Positions 49,413-59,921 are shown, counted from the first letter of the stretch. The stretch: 64,000 nt of DNA from an uncultured Thermodesulfobacteriota bacterium (GCA_964387595.1 CAYLYF010000005.1:2220-66219); one strand, 5' to 3'. Made by a program: numbers and translations. The notes: a model not told the origin generated them from the letters alone.

Positions 49413-49613
49413 TCAGGAACACACGCCCTGACAATTTGCCGGCGATATACCGATTATATCAAGAAATGATTTCATCTTTGAAATATCCAGGCCGTTATCC
49501 TGCGCGAATTGCTGTATTTCTGTACAACTTAAACTATTCTTTTTAGAAATGCTTATTAACTTCTGCTCCAGCTCTTTTGTCATCCACTCTTCCCGGACTG
49601 CAGCGTTACTCAT
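49413..49613 (-). CDS. Small hypothetical protein (last gene of the hcp-linked run)
   Basis: 66 aa. LSCTEIQQFA..CQGVC; co-oriented, with an RBS-like GGAG upstream. Confidence 0.55.
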   Translation of the reverse strand: MSNAAVREEWMTKELEQKLISISKKNSLSCTEIQQFAQDNGLDISKMKSFLDIIGISPANCQGVCS

Positions 49614-49624
49614 ATATTCCCCTT

Positions 49625-50374
49625 CTAGGCCGCGTTCTTTTTCCGTTCTTTTACCGCGCCTAACAGTGTAAGCGTTACGATTTCCAGAGGTACATTCACA
49701 CCTGCCTTATTCATACCGTCAATTACGATTTTAGGCATGTTACCGCAGCAGGGAACCTCCATTCTCAGGATTGTTACACTTTTTATATCACAGGATCGGA
49801 ATATATCAGTAAATTTATTTTTATATTCTTCTGTATCATCAAATTTCGGACAACCGGACATCACAACTCTTCCTTTAACAAAATCACGATGAAAGTCCGG
49901 AGATGAAACTGAAGCACAGTCAGAAGAAACCAAGAGGTCAGCGCCCTTTAAAAATGAAGTATCCGGAGAAATAAGACGGATCTGTACCGGCCAGTTCATA
50001 AGCTGTGAATGATTAACCGGAAAATTACCGTTGGGTCGTTCTGATACAGCAGAATTATTTTCAGGCTTAAGATTCGTTTGTATTCTTGAAGGACATCCAA
50101 AGGGACGTACATCCTTTTCTTCAGCTTTCTTTTTTTCCAGATGTGCTTCCACTGCCGCTTCATCAAACGCATCTGCTTCTCTTTCGACTATCTTAAGTGC
50201 ATCTTGTGGACATTCGCCAAGACAGGCACCCAGCCCGTCACACAGATCATCCGAGATCACTCTTGCTTTTCCGTCAATCAGCTGAATGGCTCCCTCTGCA
50301 CACGACAGGATACAATCACCGCATCCGTTGCAGAGCTCTTCGTCTATCTCAATTATTTTTCGTTTAATTGCCAT
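49625..50374 (-). CDS. 4Fe-4S ferredoxin-domain protein (often hcp-associated)
   Basis: CNGCGDCILSCAEGA, CDGLGACLGECP, LMNWPVQI, GCPKFDD, MEVPCC. Confidence 0.88.
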   Translation of the reverse strand: MAIKRKIIEIDEELCNGCGDCILSCAEGAIQLIDGKARVISDDLCDGLGACLGECPQDALKIVEREADAFDEAAVEAHLEKKKAEEKDVRPFGCPSRIQTNLKPENNSAVSERPNGNFPVNHSQLMNWPVQIRLISPDTSFLKGADLLVSSDCASVSSPDFHRDFVKGRVVMSGCPKFDDTEEYKNKFTDIFRSCDIKSVTILRMEVPCCGNMPKIVIDGMNKAGVNVPLEIVTLTLLGAVKERKKNAA

Positions 50375-50392
50375 ATTAATTTCCTCCAATTT

Positions 50393-51127
50393 TTATGTAC
50401 CGGACAACAGTACATCCTGAACAATTCGTTTACCCTGATCTGTTAAAAACGAATTTTCAATAATTGACTTGATCTTTTCCGGGCCAAAAGGTTTTTTTTT
50501 ACTGTTTTCTTCAAGATTAACGATCAGATCTGCATCATAAAGCGCCTTAAAATTATCTGTTTCATCCTTACGGGGACTGTGATGGTGTCCGATAATGTCA
50601 CAGACTTCATCAATCAGTTTTATATCCGCACCCAGGCTTTCAAGAATTTCACGGGCTACTGGAGGACCCAGTTCCTCCTGATAAGCTAAATCCGTACTTT
50701 GATACTTTCTTTCAGCTTCTTTAATTCCGATATCATGAAGATACGCAGAGATCAGGACAACAGCCATATCGCCCTTCTCTCTTTTCGCGATCTGTTCCGC
50801 GTAACGGGCAACATTACAGGCATGACCGATCCGTTTAAAATCATTTGCAAAATATTTCTTTATTTCAAGTGCGACCCGGTCTTTTAAAAGGTTTGATCTT
50901 TCAGCCAAAATCTCCGGGGGCAGTTCTTTCAGGCACTGATCCGCATGTTCACAATATGCAGCACAGCCAAAATCAATTTTAGGATTTAATACCCGCTTGC
51001 CGCAATTTTTACACTTCCGGCTAGAATCATCTTTGAAAAATTCGAGAAACTGACCGCATCCCGGACATTTTTCCTCAAATATATCGCCTGATTTCCAGTA
51101 TCGGGTATCCTGACCTGGGCATTTCAT
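50393..51127 (-). CDS. HD-domain phosphohydrolase with N-terminal Cys-rich/zinc-ribbon region
   Basis: MKCPGQD, CPGCG, CKNCG, CAAYC; HD motifs RIGHA, YLHDIG, GHHH, YDAD. Confidence 0.85.
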   Translation of the reverse strand: MKCPGQDTRYWKSGDIFEEKCPGCGQFLEFFKDDSSRKCKNCGKRVLNPKIDFGCAAYCEHADQCLKELPPEILAERSNLLKDRVALEIKKYFANDFKRIGHACNVARYAEQIAKREKGDMAVVLISAYLHDIGIKEAERKYQSTDLAYQEELGPPVAREILESLGADIKLIDEVCDIIGHHHSPRKDETDNFKALYDADLIVNLEENSKKKPFGPEKIKSIIENSFLTDQGKRIVQDVLLSGT

Positions 51128-51375
51128 AACAAACTCCAAAAAAAATTATAGCTTAGCGCATGGGGCATCACGTATAGAGTAAAAACAAAACCATAGGGGC
51201 ATTAGCTTCTTAATGTGTCAACAAATTTAAGCATTCCAGCAGTGGCTATAAATATTTTCGCTCTGTTCTCTGTCCAATGCTATTCGAAACGAATATCTGT
51301 TTCCGGTTTCCGCGAGAGGGGACGCGCAGTCCCCGAAATCAGTATCCGGTTTAAATGCTATTTTTCCGTAGTCAT

Positions 51376-53019
51376 CTATCCCAGTATGGCTTTAAGATCT
51401 TCATCCGGGGTGCTGATCGCTTGAATATTAAAGTTCTCTATTAAAACATTAAGAACATTCGGTGTAATAAACGCGGGCAAAGACGGTCCTAAACGTATGT
51501 CCTTAATACCCAAATGCAACAAAGTCAGAAGAATAGACACGGCCTTCTGCTCATACCATGAAAGAACAAATGACAGAGGTAATTCATTCACACCGCATTC
51601 AAATGCACCGGCAAGAGCAACAGCAATCTGTACGGCAGAATATGCATCATTACACTGACCGATATCAAGGAGTCTTGGAATACCGCCGATGTCACCCAGG
51701 TCCTTATCAAAAAATCGGAACTTACCGCAGGCAAGTGTAAGGACCACACAGTCCTCCGGAACTTTTTCAACAAATTCTGTATAGTAATTTCTGCCGGGTT
51801 TTGCACCATCACATCCGGCAACCAGGAAAAAATGACGAATATCTTTATTCTTAACAGCCTCGATCACTGTACCTGCAACGTTCATTACCGCGTTCCTGGC
51901 AAATCCGGCCATTATTGTTTTACCTTCAATATCAGTTTCAAATCCGGGAAGTTCCAAAGCTCTGTTAATCACCGGTGTAAAATCCTTATCTGCAATATGT
52001 TCTACACCCGGCCAACCGACCAGTCCGGTGGTAAAGATATTTTTACTGTAAGTCTCTTTTGGTTTCTGGATACAGTTGGTTGTCATTAAAATCGCACCGG
52101 GAAAGGCATCAAACTCTTTCGCCTGATTCTGCCAAGCGGTTCCATAATGCCCGCACAGATGATCATATTTCTTAAGTTCCGGATATGCCAGACAGGGAAG
52201 CATCTCACCATGGGTATAAATATTTATCCCCTTGCCTTCAGTCTGTTTAAGAAGTTCGGCCAGGTCTTTCAGGTCATGACCGGAAATAAGGATTGCTTTT
52301 CCTTTCTTTGCACCCAGGGAAACTTTTGTAGGTTCAGGATGACCGTATTTGCCGGTGTTGCCAGCATCAAGGATCTCCATTGCTTTTAAATTAACCTCAC
52401 CGCATTTAAGGGCTAATCCCACCCAGTCATTAAGTATCAGGTCCTTATTAAATGGTGCTGCAAGTGCCTCATAAATAAACGATGCTATTGACGGGTCCTG
52501 CTGTCCAAGAATACGGGCATGGTCTGCATAGGCTGCAACTCCTTTTAAACCAAACAGCAAAATGTGCTGCAAAGAAAGAATATCGGGATTTACTGAAGCA
52601 TCTGCTTTTAAACCGGCAACAGCCGCCTGCGCATTAAGCGCATCAACTGTTTCAGCAGGCGTAAAATTTGCGGCATCTTCGGATAAGTCTGTATTACCGC
52701 CTGTAGCTGAAACTTTTGCTTTTAACTGGTTCCGCAGTAAAACCGATTCTTTAATCATTGCGGCAAGTCTTTCATCGTCAAAATTAACATTCGTAAGCGT
52801 TGCAAAAAGTGCTTCAAATACAAACCCGTCCATATCCGGGTCCTTGATCCCTTTTTTTTCACCTTCAACGGCATATAAAGCCAGACCTCTTAAAGCGTAG
52901 ATCAACAGGTCCTGCAGGGCCGAGGTTACCGGTGTTTTTCCGCATACACCGCTATTTGTACATCCCTGGCCTTTCGCTGTCTGCTCGCACTGATAACAAA
53001 ACATTGCATTGTTTCCCAT
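51376..53019 (-). CDS. hcp: Hybrid cluster protein (hydroxylamine reductase)
   Basis: MFCYQCEQT..GCT..GVCGK, SGHDLKD, YTHGEMLP, TTNC, GCDG, LACGK, GQCND, SWYEQKA. Confidence 0.97.
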   Translation of the reverse strand: MGNNAMFCYQCEQTAKGQGCTNSGVCGKTPVTSALQDLLIYALRGLALYAVEGEKKGIKDPDMDGFVFEALFATLTNVNFDDERLAAMIKESVLLRNQLKAKVSATGGNTDLSEDAANFTPAETVDALNAQAAVAGLKADASVNPDILSLQHILLFGLKGVAAYADHARILGQQDPSIASFIYEALAAPFNKDLILNDWVGLALKCGEVNLKAMEILDAGNTGKYGHPEPTKVSLGAKKGKAILISGHDLKDLAELLKQTEGKGINIYTHGEMLPCLAYPELKKYDHLCGHYGTAWQNQAKEFDAFPGAILMTTNCIQKPKETYSKNIFTTGLVGWPGVEHIADKDFTPVINRALELPGFETDIEGKTIMAGFARNAVMNVAGTVIEAVKNKDIRHFFLVAGCDGAKPGRNYYTEFVEKVPEDCVVLTLACGKFRFFDKDLGDIGGIPRLLDIGQCNDAYSAVQIAVALAGAFECGVNELPLSFVLSWYEQKAVSILLTLLHLGIKDIRLGPSLPAFITPNVLNVLIENFNIQAISTPDEDLKAILG

Positions 53020-53102
53020 TTCTTTCTCCTTAAATTTATATTTTCGGTTTATTTATGTCTGTCATTTGTTACGAATAATAATGGATTAACTGAAATGCCG
53101 CA

Positions 53103-53116
53103 TTGACTTAAGTCAA
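53103..53116. promoter_or_regulatory. HcpR-type (Crp/Fnr) operator upstream of hcp
   Basis: Perfect palindrome TTGAC-TTAA-GTCAA, 84 bp upstream of the hcp start. Matches the TTGAC-N4-GTCAA type of HcpR site. Confidence 0.75.
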
Positions 53117-53395
53117 AAAAACATTAATTTATTAAAAATTATTTATTTTTTTGTCCAAAGAGTATAAAATATTTAACCCATACCTAAAATGTCAGTGTAA
53201 AATATGTTGAAATATTAACCAGGCAAACAAAATTTTAAGCTTTCAGAAGCTGCACAAAAAATAACTTGACTAAACAATACCATTAATCTACTATTTTAAT
53301 AGATTTAATAACGTTGCTTAAACATGGATCTATTAAAAATCAACAAATGTTAACCTCTTATAGATAGATATAACATATATTTAAAGGAAAACAGC

Positions 53396-54244
53396 ATGTG
53401 GGACTATACTGAGAAAGTAAAAGATCATTTTTTTAATCCAAGAAATGTAGGGAAAATTGAAAATCCGGACGGAATCGGTGAAGAGGGATCACTTGCCTGC
53501 GGCGATTCATTGACCCTGACATTTAAACTGGATGAAAATAAAAATATCAAGGATGCAAAATTTCAAACATTCGGCTGCGGAAGTGCAATTGCGTCAGCAT
53601 CCGCACTAACTGAAATGCTCATCGGAAAAAGCCTTGAAGAAGCCGAAAAAATATCAAATAACGACATTGCAGATTATCTTGGTGGACTTCCTGATGAAAA
53701 AATGCACTGTTCAGTCATGGGTAGAGAAGCTCTTGAAGTCGCAATATCAAATTGCCGGGGTGAAGATGTCAGCATCTTAAGAGATCGCCATAAAAACGTA
53801 GTGTGTCAGTGTTTTGGGGTGACAGACGTTGAGATAATCAAGACCATTAAAGAAAACCAGCTTAAAACTGTTCAGGATGTCACCAACTACACAAAAGCAG
53901 GCGGCGGCTGTAAAGCCTGTCATGATAAGATTGAAGAGCTGATTACTGGGACCATGGGTGTTCCGGAAGAAGCAGCCGTGTCAAAAGAAACACCGACCCG
54001 AATGACTAATATTCAAAAAATAAAACTGATTGAAGAAGTGATTGAACGCGAAATAAAACCCGCATTAAAAGCAGATGGCGGCGATATTGACCTCATTGAT
54101 CTTGACGGAGACAGAGTTATTGTTGCACTACGCGGCATGTGCGCATCCTGTCCAAGTTCCAGCTATACACTAAAAGAATATGTTGAAGCCAAACTAAAAG
54201 AATTTGTATCAGAGGATATTATTGTAGAGGAAGATAAATTATGA
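53396..54244 (+). CDS. nifU: Fe-S cluster assembly scaffold NifU
   Basis: HFFNPRNVG, LACGD, FGCGSAIAS, KMHCS, VCQCFGV, GGGCKACH, C-terminal NifU domain GMCASCP. Confidence 0.95.
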   Translation: MWDYTEKVKDHFFNPRNVGKIENPDGIGEEGSLACGDSLTLTFKLDENKNIKDAKFQTFGCGSAIASASALTEMLIGKSLEEAEKISNNDIADYLGGLPDEKMHCSVMGREALEVAISNCRGEDVSILRDRHKNVVCQCFGVTDVEIIKTIKENQLKTVQDVTNYTKAGGGCKACHDKIEELITGTMGVPEEAAVSKETPTRMTNIQKIKLIEEVIEREIKPALKADGGDIDLIDLDGDRVIVALRGMCASCPSSSYTLKEYVEAKLKEFVSEDIIVEEDKL

Positions 54245-55404
54245 TCGAACGTACTATTTACGCGGACAACAATGCAACCACAATGGTATCGCCTGAAGTC
54301 AAAGATGAGATACTGCCGTTTTTAACGGATCTGTATGGAAACCCTTCCAGCATGCATCTTTTTGGCGGACAGGTTAAGGGCTATCTTGATACCGCCCGTG
54401 AAAAAGTTGCGGCGCTCATTAATGCCGACCCCTCTGAAATATTATTTACATCCTGCGGAACAGAAAGTGATAATAACGCGATCAGCGGCATATTAGCGAA
54501 TACGCCGAACAAAAAACATATTATCACCACACGGGTTGAACACCCTGCTGTTAAAAATGTCTGTCAATCACTTATACAAAGCGGTTACAGAATAACTGAA
54601 CTGTCAGTTGACAAAACAGGTCAGATCGACCTGGACGAGCTTCGTGAAAGCATAGATGATGATACAGCCCTGGTTTCCATCATGTGGGCAAACAATGAAA
54701 CCGGAGTAATATTCCCCATAGATGAAGCTGCACAGATGGTTAAGAGCAAAGGTATCCCCTTTCATACAGACGCGGTTCAGGCTGTGGGAAAGCTCCCGGT
54801 AGATGCAAAAAAGACACCTTTTGATCTGCTTGCCATTTCTGGCCATAAGCTTCATGCTCCAAAGGGGATCGGTGTGCTTTATATTAGAAAAGGTACCCGG
54901 ATATCCCCGTTCATACTTGGCGGTCACCAGGAAGGCGGCAGAAGAGCCGGGACAGAAAACATCCCGTATATTGCCGGTTTGGGTAAAGCCTGTGAAATTG
55001 CCAAGCAAAATATGGAAAATGAGCAGACACAGGTGTCAAAGCTTAGAGACAGACTGGAAAAGGAACTTCTTGAAAAAGCGGTTGATGCTTCTGTAAACGG
55101 GGATATTAAAAACCGTCTGCCGAATACCACAAACATCAGCTTTAAGTATATTGAGGGTGAATCAATTTTACTCCTGCTCAGTGCTCAGGGAATTGCCGCA
55201 TCTTCCGGATCCGCATGTACCTCCGGCTCTCTCGAACCCTCACATGTTCTGCGAGCAATGGGCGTTCCCTTTACAAGAGTTCACGGCTCAATAAGATTCA
55301 GCCTTTCCCGTTACAATACGGATGAAGAAATATCTATTATTGTTGAAAAAATGCTAAACATCGAACAACGCCTCAGAGTGATCTCACCCTTCACTGATGA
55401 TTAA
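54241..55404 (+). CDS. nifS: Cysteine desulfurase NifS
   Basis: YADNNATT, GNPSSMH, HTDAVQA, SGHKLHAPKG, SSGSACTS. Confidence 0.96.
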   Translation: MIERTIYADNNATTMVSPEVKDEILPFLTDLYGNPSSMHLFGGQVKGYLDTAREKVAALINADPSEILFTSCGTESDNNAISGILANTPNKKHIITTRVEHPAVKNVCQSLIQSGYRITELSVDKTGQIDLDELRESIDDDTALVSIMWANNETGVIFPIDEAAQMVKSKGIPFHTDAVQAVGKLPVDAKKTPFDLLAISGHKLHAPKGIGVLYIRKGTRISPFILGGHQEGGRRAGTENIPYIAGLGKACEIAKQNMENEQTQVSKLRDRLEKELLEKAVDASVNGDIKNRLPNTTNISFKYIEGESILLLLSAQGIAASSGSACTSGSLEPSHVLRAMGVPFTRVHGSIRFSLSRYNTDEEISIIVEKMLNIEQRLRVISPFTDD

Positions 55405-55435
55405 AGCCTGTTAACCTTATTTCGGAAGCAACACA

Positions 55436-55906
55436 ATGACAGTAATAAACTTAAACAACACGGCAAAAATTGTTGCTGTGTGCACCAGCCCCAAAACCGG
55501 CATGCGCAAGAAAAACATCAATGAGGGTACACTCATTGAATATCTCGGTTTTAAAGATGATGCACATGCCAACAGCAGCACACACCGGCAGGTAAGTCTT
55601 CTTGCCATGGAAAGCATCAAAAAAATGCAGGAAATGGGACTTGATGTGCATGAAGGTGATTTTGCGGAAAATATTACAACCTTGAATATTAACCTGCTCT
55701 CACTTCCGATCGGATCTAAAATAGCGATAGGAAAAACATCCATTCTCGAGATTACCCAGCACGGCAAGGTATGTCACAAACCCTGTGCTATATACCACCA
55801 GGCCGGTACCTGTGTCATGCCGAAAGAAGGAATATTTGCCAAAGTCATAAAGGGCGGATTGGTTAAATCCGGTGATGATTTAATACCTGTCTCTGATGAA
55901 AGATAA
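55436..55906 (+). CDS. MOSC domain-containing protein
   Basis: DAHA..RQVSLL, FAENITT, TQHGKVCH..C, MPKEGIFAKV. Confidence 0.9.
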   Translation: MTVINLNNTAKIVAVCTSPKTGMRKKNINEGTLIEYLGFKDDAHANSSTHRQVSLLAMESIKKMQEMGLDVHEGDFAENITTLNINLLSLPIGSKIAIGKTSILEITQHGKVCHKPCAIYHQAGTCVMPKEGIFAKVIKGGLVKSGDDLIPVSDER

Positions 55907-56596
55907 ATGGATATTAAAGATTTTATAGAAACAATCAGCCTTTTTCAAAATCTCGAAAAAAAGAATTATGATGATTTGGCTGCGATCATACATTCAAAAA
56001 AATTCAAAAAAAACGCGATCATTTTTTCAGAATATGACAGTGCCGACGGATTTTATGTGGCGACACTGGGCCGGGTAAAGATTTTCAAATCATCTCCTGA
56101 AGGAAAAGAACAGATACTGCATATTTTCGGACCCGGAGAACCCTTTGGAGAAATTGCCGTATTCACAGGTAAAAGCTTTCCAGCGTCTGCCCAGGCCATT
56201 GCAGACAGTGAGACAATCTTTTTCCCGAAAAATGAATTTATTAACCTGATCAAAAAAGATCCTACCCTATCACTGAACATGCTGTCTGTTTTATCGCTCC
56301 GACTAAAACGCTTTACATCCCTGATTGAAGACCTGTCTTTAAAAGAAGTGCCCGGCAGACTTGCCGCCTACCTGCTCTATATCAGCGAAAGCAAAGGTTC
56401 AAAAGATGAGCTGTCTCTTGATATTTCAAAAGGTCAGCTGGCATCGATTCTGGGCACCATACCTGAAACGCTCTCCAGGATTCTGGCTAAAATGACCAAA
56501 GAGGGTTTAATTGATTCTGACGGAAAAAGAAACTATTTAATTAAAGACAGAGATTCCCTTATAGACCTTGCAGAGGGTGAGAGAAAACTAGTCTAA
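55907..56596 (+). CDS. Crp/Fnr-family regulator, HcpR-like
   Basis: cNMP-type domain (GEPFGEIA) and HTH LASILGTIPETLSR. Close to hcp. Confidence 0.88.
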   Translation: MDIKDFIETISLFQNLEKKNYDDLAAIIHSKKFKKNAIIFSEYDSADGFYVATLGRVKIFKSSPEGKEQILHIFGPGEPFGEIAVFTGKSFPASAQAIADSETIFFPKNEFINLIKKDPTLSLNMLSVLSLRLKRFTSLIEDLSLKEVPGRLAAYLLYISESKGSKDELSLDISKGQLASILGTIPETLSRILAKMTKEGLIDSDGKRNYLIKDRDSLIDLAEGERKLV

Positions 56597-56658
56597 AGCA
56601 TTTTCATAACGTGTAACCGTTGCGCAGCAAAAGGCTGAAGCGGTACAATCAAAAAGTC

Positions 56659-56771
56659 AAATTTCAAAGTTCAAATGCCAAATGAATGACAAAAAAGAAA
56701 AAAGGATAAAAGGGTTTGGCCTTGGTGTTTTTCAGTTTTATTTGATATTTTTAATTTGAACTTTGAAATTT
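56659..56771. repeat. 18-bp perfect inverted repeat element between convergent genes
   Basis: AAATTTCAAAGTTCAAAT (56659-56676) and ATTTGAACTTTGAAATTT (56754-56771), with internal CAAAT/TTTG sub-repeats. Confidence 0.8.
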
Positions 56772-56856
56772 CATTTTAATTCATTTAAATCGTTCAATCC
56801 GTTCAAACTGTTCTTGAGGCTACAATATTAAAAATATTACTCTTACATAAAACCTT

Positions 56857-57909
56857 TTAAGCACACTGACTCAAATCCCATTCATTTTTTAATCCTCTCA
56901 ACCCAAACATGACCTTCAGGATCTCAGTCGCCTGAGCTCTGTTCACGGGATAACCGCCGCGCGAAAGCATCTCAAAACCTTCAAGCGCTGATTCAATCGC
57001 GCAATCTATCACTGAAGAAGCTGAGTTTGGATACGTTAAGCTGAAATTTGCATTTTCTTCATTTGCCGACTGTGTAATATCTGAGAGTGTCTTTAACCCA
57101 TCCTCCTCTTTGTAAATTATCCAGCTGGTAAAATAATTTATTTTATTATTTAAAATATCATCACCAATATCTGTCAGATCATCCAGCATCTGCAGCGCAT
57201 TACCAATATAAAGAATACCGGATTCCATGCAGATCAGACTTTCACGCTTATCCGTTTCAGCTTCAAGAGGAGCAATCAAAGCCAGCCTTAAAAGTTCACC
57301 GCCGATCTTTTGATGAATGGTCTCAGTTATTTCTTCGGGACGGGGCATGATATCAGTAAGCTTGGTAACCGATTCCCCTTTACCGATCGAACAGATACTG
57401 TCGAGTATACGGCTCTCAATATCATCAGCCAGCGAACCATTATTTGTCAGCTCTCTTATTGACTGGCCCATCACCCGATAGGAAAGAAGGGAAAGCATGG
57501 TGTTATTCAGTATAAGATTATCAAGCCCGGCGTTTAAAAAAACCGGCCCCTTACTTTCTGAATCAAGGATATTGTCTGTACAGGTAATAATAATACGGAG
57601 GGAATGCAGGACCATTCCGTAAAGCATAATCCTGTCATAGGGAATCTTTAATGATTTAAAAATACTTAAAAAAAGTATGCTGAAAAAGTTTTTTTCAAAA
57701 TACTTAATAGAATTTAAGTTCTGAAACGGCCGGTCGATCCTGCTGCCCGAATCACACTGGGCAAGTTTTTGAGAAAACAGCTCCTCAACCTGTCTATGCT
57801 CTGCATATGCAGCGGCAAAAAGTTTGATCAGTGAAGGCTGTGAGATCCCTATTTTCATCAGTGATGATATTTTTGAAAAAAAATCAAGTCCAATTAATTT
57901 CATATTCAT
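56857..57909 (-). CDS. Class I isoprenoid synthase/prenyltransferase-fold protein
   Basis: First Asp-rich motif variant TDNILD, KIGGEL (KTG-like), GNALQMLDDLTD second motif, KINY. Confidence 0.7.
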   Translation of the reverse strand: MNMKLIGLDFFSKISSLMKIGISQPSLIKLFAAAYAEHRQVEELFSQKLAQCDSGSRIDRPFQNLNSIKYFEKNFFSILFLSIFKSLKIPYDRIMLYGMVLHSLRIIITCTDNILDSESKGPVFLNAGLDNLILNNTMLSLLSYRVMGQSIRELTNNGSLADDIESRILDSICSIGKGESVTKLTDIMPRPEEITETIHQKIGGELLRLALIAPLEAETDKRESLICMESGILYIGNALQMLDDLTDIGDDILNNKINYFTSWIIYKEEDGLKTLSDITQSANEENANFSLTYPNSASSVIDCAIESALEGFEMLSRGGYPVNRAQATEILKVMFGLRGLKNEWDLSQCA

Positions 57910-59921
57910 CCCTTCTGAATTAAATTAATTTTAGAAAGTAATGGCGGTACAACAGCCAGCGATAGTATAAGACAAAAGATCATACCGAACATTGCAGCAA
58001 GTCCCAACTCTCTAAAACCGGGATTTACCGCAAACAACAGACTTCCAAAAGCTGCGCAGGAAGTAATACTTGTGGCGGTTATCGGGCTGCTTATACCGGA
58101 AAGAGCCCGGTTTATATTTCCATTTTCTTCTTTGCTTCTCCACAGCATATGTACGCCGTCATCTATCCCGGCTCCGATGACCAGCGGAAGCACAACCATT
58201 GTCATTAAGCTAAAATTAATATTTAAAATACCCATCAAACCCGAGGTAAAGATTAGAGACACAAAAACAGGAACAAGGGCAACGACAGTCAATTTTAGAT
58301 CCCTGAAAAACAAGGTCGTGATTATAGCAATCAAAAAAAACGCGGTTAATGAACATCTTAAAAGATCCGACTTAATCGTCTCATTCAAAGATGAATTCAG
58401 AAAGGCCGAACCTGTCACAAAATTACCGGAGTCTGAAAAAGATTGATTTATTCTATCGGCCAATGATCTTATTTTATTAAAGCCATCAGGTTTAAAAGGA
58501 TTAGTACTGCCGTAAATATAGGTTACCAAAGAGCCGTCCAACCCCACAAAGTCTTCCGGATCCCGGCCGGTATACGCGGCCAGAGAGTAACTCTGTATAA
58601 AGGAAATATCATCAAAAGTATTATTAACCAGAAAATCCAGTTTATCCTTTTCAGTTTTATCGTTTGGTGAAATAACCGCAGCCGGAACAGGAAAAAATTT
58701 ATAATTGCTTAGTAGCTTTGATTGAAGCGAAAAAGAGCTCAGGTCCTGGTCAAGAAGACTGTTCTGGTCCGCAGTAAAACGTACGGACAATGCAAAGGGA
58801 ATAGATGTAAGCAATATTAATAATATAACACAATAAAGAATAACAGCACGTTTCTTAAAGGTATTAAAAATAGCGGACCATAAAGAATCTAAACCTTTTA
58901 TGGGAGCAAACTGTTTAAGCTTAAAAAAGCTTAAAAACACCGGAAGAAAAATATAAGCGGATAAAAACATAATCATGATTCCTGCAGCACCGACCATGCC
59001 CAGTTCAAACAAACCGTCTGAATCTGCAGCCGTAAGCGCAATAAATGCGCCTGCAGTTGTAATCGCTCCAATAGCCATGGGCTTAACCGTCTTTTTATAA
59101 ACATAAGAGATCAGGGATGTTTTTTGAAATAATGCATCAGAGCAGGCAGATGAATTTATTATGGATGAGGCTTTTTCATTAAAAGAATAGATGATATGGA
59201 GACAGTAATCCACACCCAAACCGAGTAAAACAGCAGGTAAGGCAGCTGTCATAAAAGTCAAACGGTCAAATAATATTTCCGCAAACCATAAAGTTACAAA
59301 AAGTCCAAGAAATATTGTTAGCATGGATGCAAGGACAACTGAAAATGGGATCTTAATCATGATCAGCAGTATAAAAGCAATCGCTAAAAAGGTAATTACT
59401 GCTGACCGCATCATATCCTTTGTAATTGAATCCGCAGTTTCTAAAACGACCTGATAGCTGCCGGTGATACCGACTGTTATCCCCTGCTCTTCGGCAGCAT
59501 TCCGGATAGCTTTGGTCATGATCCTGCTCTGTGCCATGTCCGTGGGCTTAAAATCCGGGGTTAACAATATAACAGCGCTTTTAGTCTTCGGTCCATTTAC
59601 TTCTGTATTCACCGGAGGGCTGTACAAAACTACATTATCAACTGATCTTAATTGTTTTAAACGTCCCACTAAAATATCAAGGGCTCTTTCTTCTTTGTTA
59701 TTGTTATCTGCAACAACAACAAACGAATCAGAGCCCTTAAAATTATCAGTGTAATATTTATACTGCTTGACTACAGGATCGTCCTGGTTCAGGAGATCGA
59801 TCAGATCTCCCTCAACCTTCAGGTCAAGGACATTCAGGACAGCGGTTAATAAAATTAGGATATAAACTAAAACAAGCAGGTAACGTCGGGTATAAACAAT
59901 ATTTACAATTGCATTATTCAA
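57906..59921 (-). CDS. MMPL/RND-family lipid transporter
   Basis: 671 aa with two TM repeats. ITGSYQV, GLGVDYCLH, GAITTAGAF, GAGIDDGVH, TSCAAFGSL. Confidence 0.88.
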   Translation of the reverse strand: MNNAIVNIVYTRRYLLVLVYILILLTAVLNVLDLKVEGDLIDLLNQDDPVVKQYKYYTDNFKGSDSFVVVADNNNKEERALDILVGRLKQLRSVDNVVLYSPPVNTEVNGPKTKSAVILLTPDFKPTDMAQSRIMTKAIRNAAEEQGITVGITGSYQVVLETADSITKDMMRSAVITFLAIAFILLIMIKIPFSVVLASMLTIFLGLFVTLWFAEILFDRLTFMTAALPAVLLGLGVDYCLHIIYSFNEKASSIINSSACSDALFQKTSLISYVYKKTVKPMAIGAITTAGAFIALTAADSDGLFELGMVGAAGIMIMFLSAYIFLPVFLSFFKLKQFAPIKGLDSLWSAIFNTFKKRAVILYCVILLILLTSIPFALSVRFTADQNSLLDQDLSSFSLQSKLLSNYKFFPVPAAVISPNDKTEKDKLDFLVNNTFDDISFIQSYSLAAYTGRDPEDFVGLDGSLVTYIYGSTNPFKPDGFNKIRSLADRINQSFSDSGNFVTGSAFLNSSLNETIKSDLLRCSLTAFFLIAIITTLFFRDLKLTVVALVPVFVSLIFTSGLMGILNINFSLMTMVVLPLVIGAGIDDGVHMLWRSKEENGNINRALSGISSPITATSITSCAAFGSLLFAVNPGFRELGLAAMFGMIFCLILSLAVVPPLLSKINLIQKG

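Noticed and set aside
39086-59921. HpnA-like epimerase plus HpnN-like MMPL as a hopanoid cluster
   Set aside because: They are about 18 kb apart, and there is no shc, hpnC/D/E or hpnH in the window.
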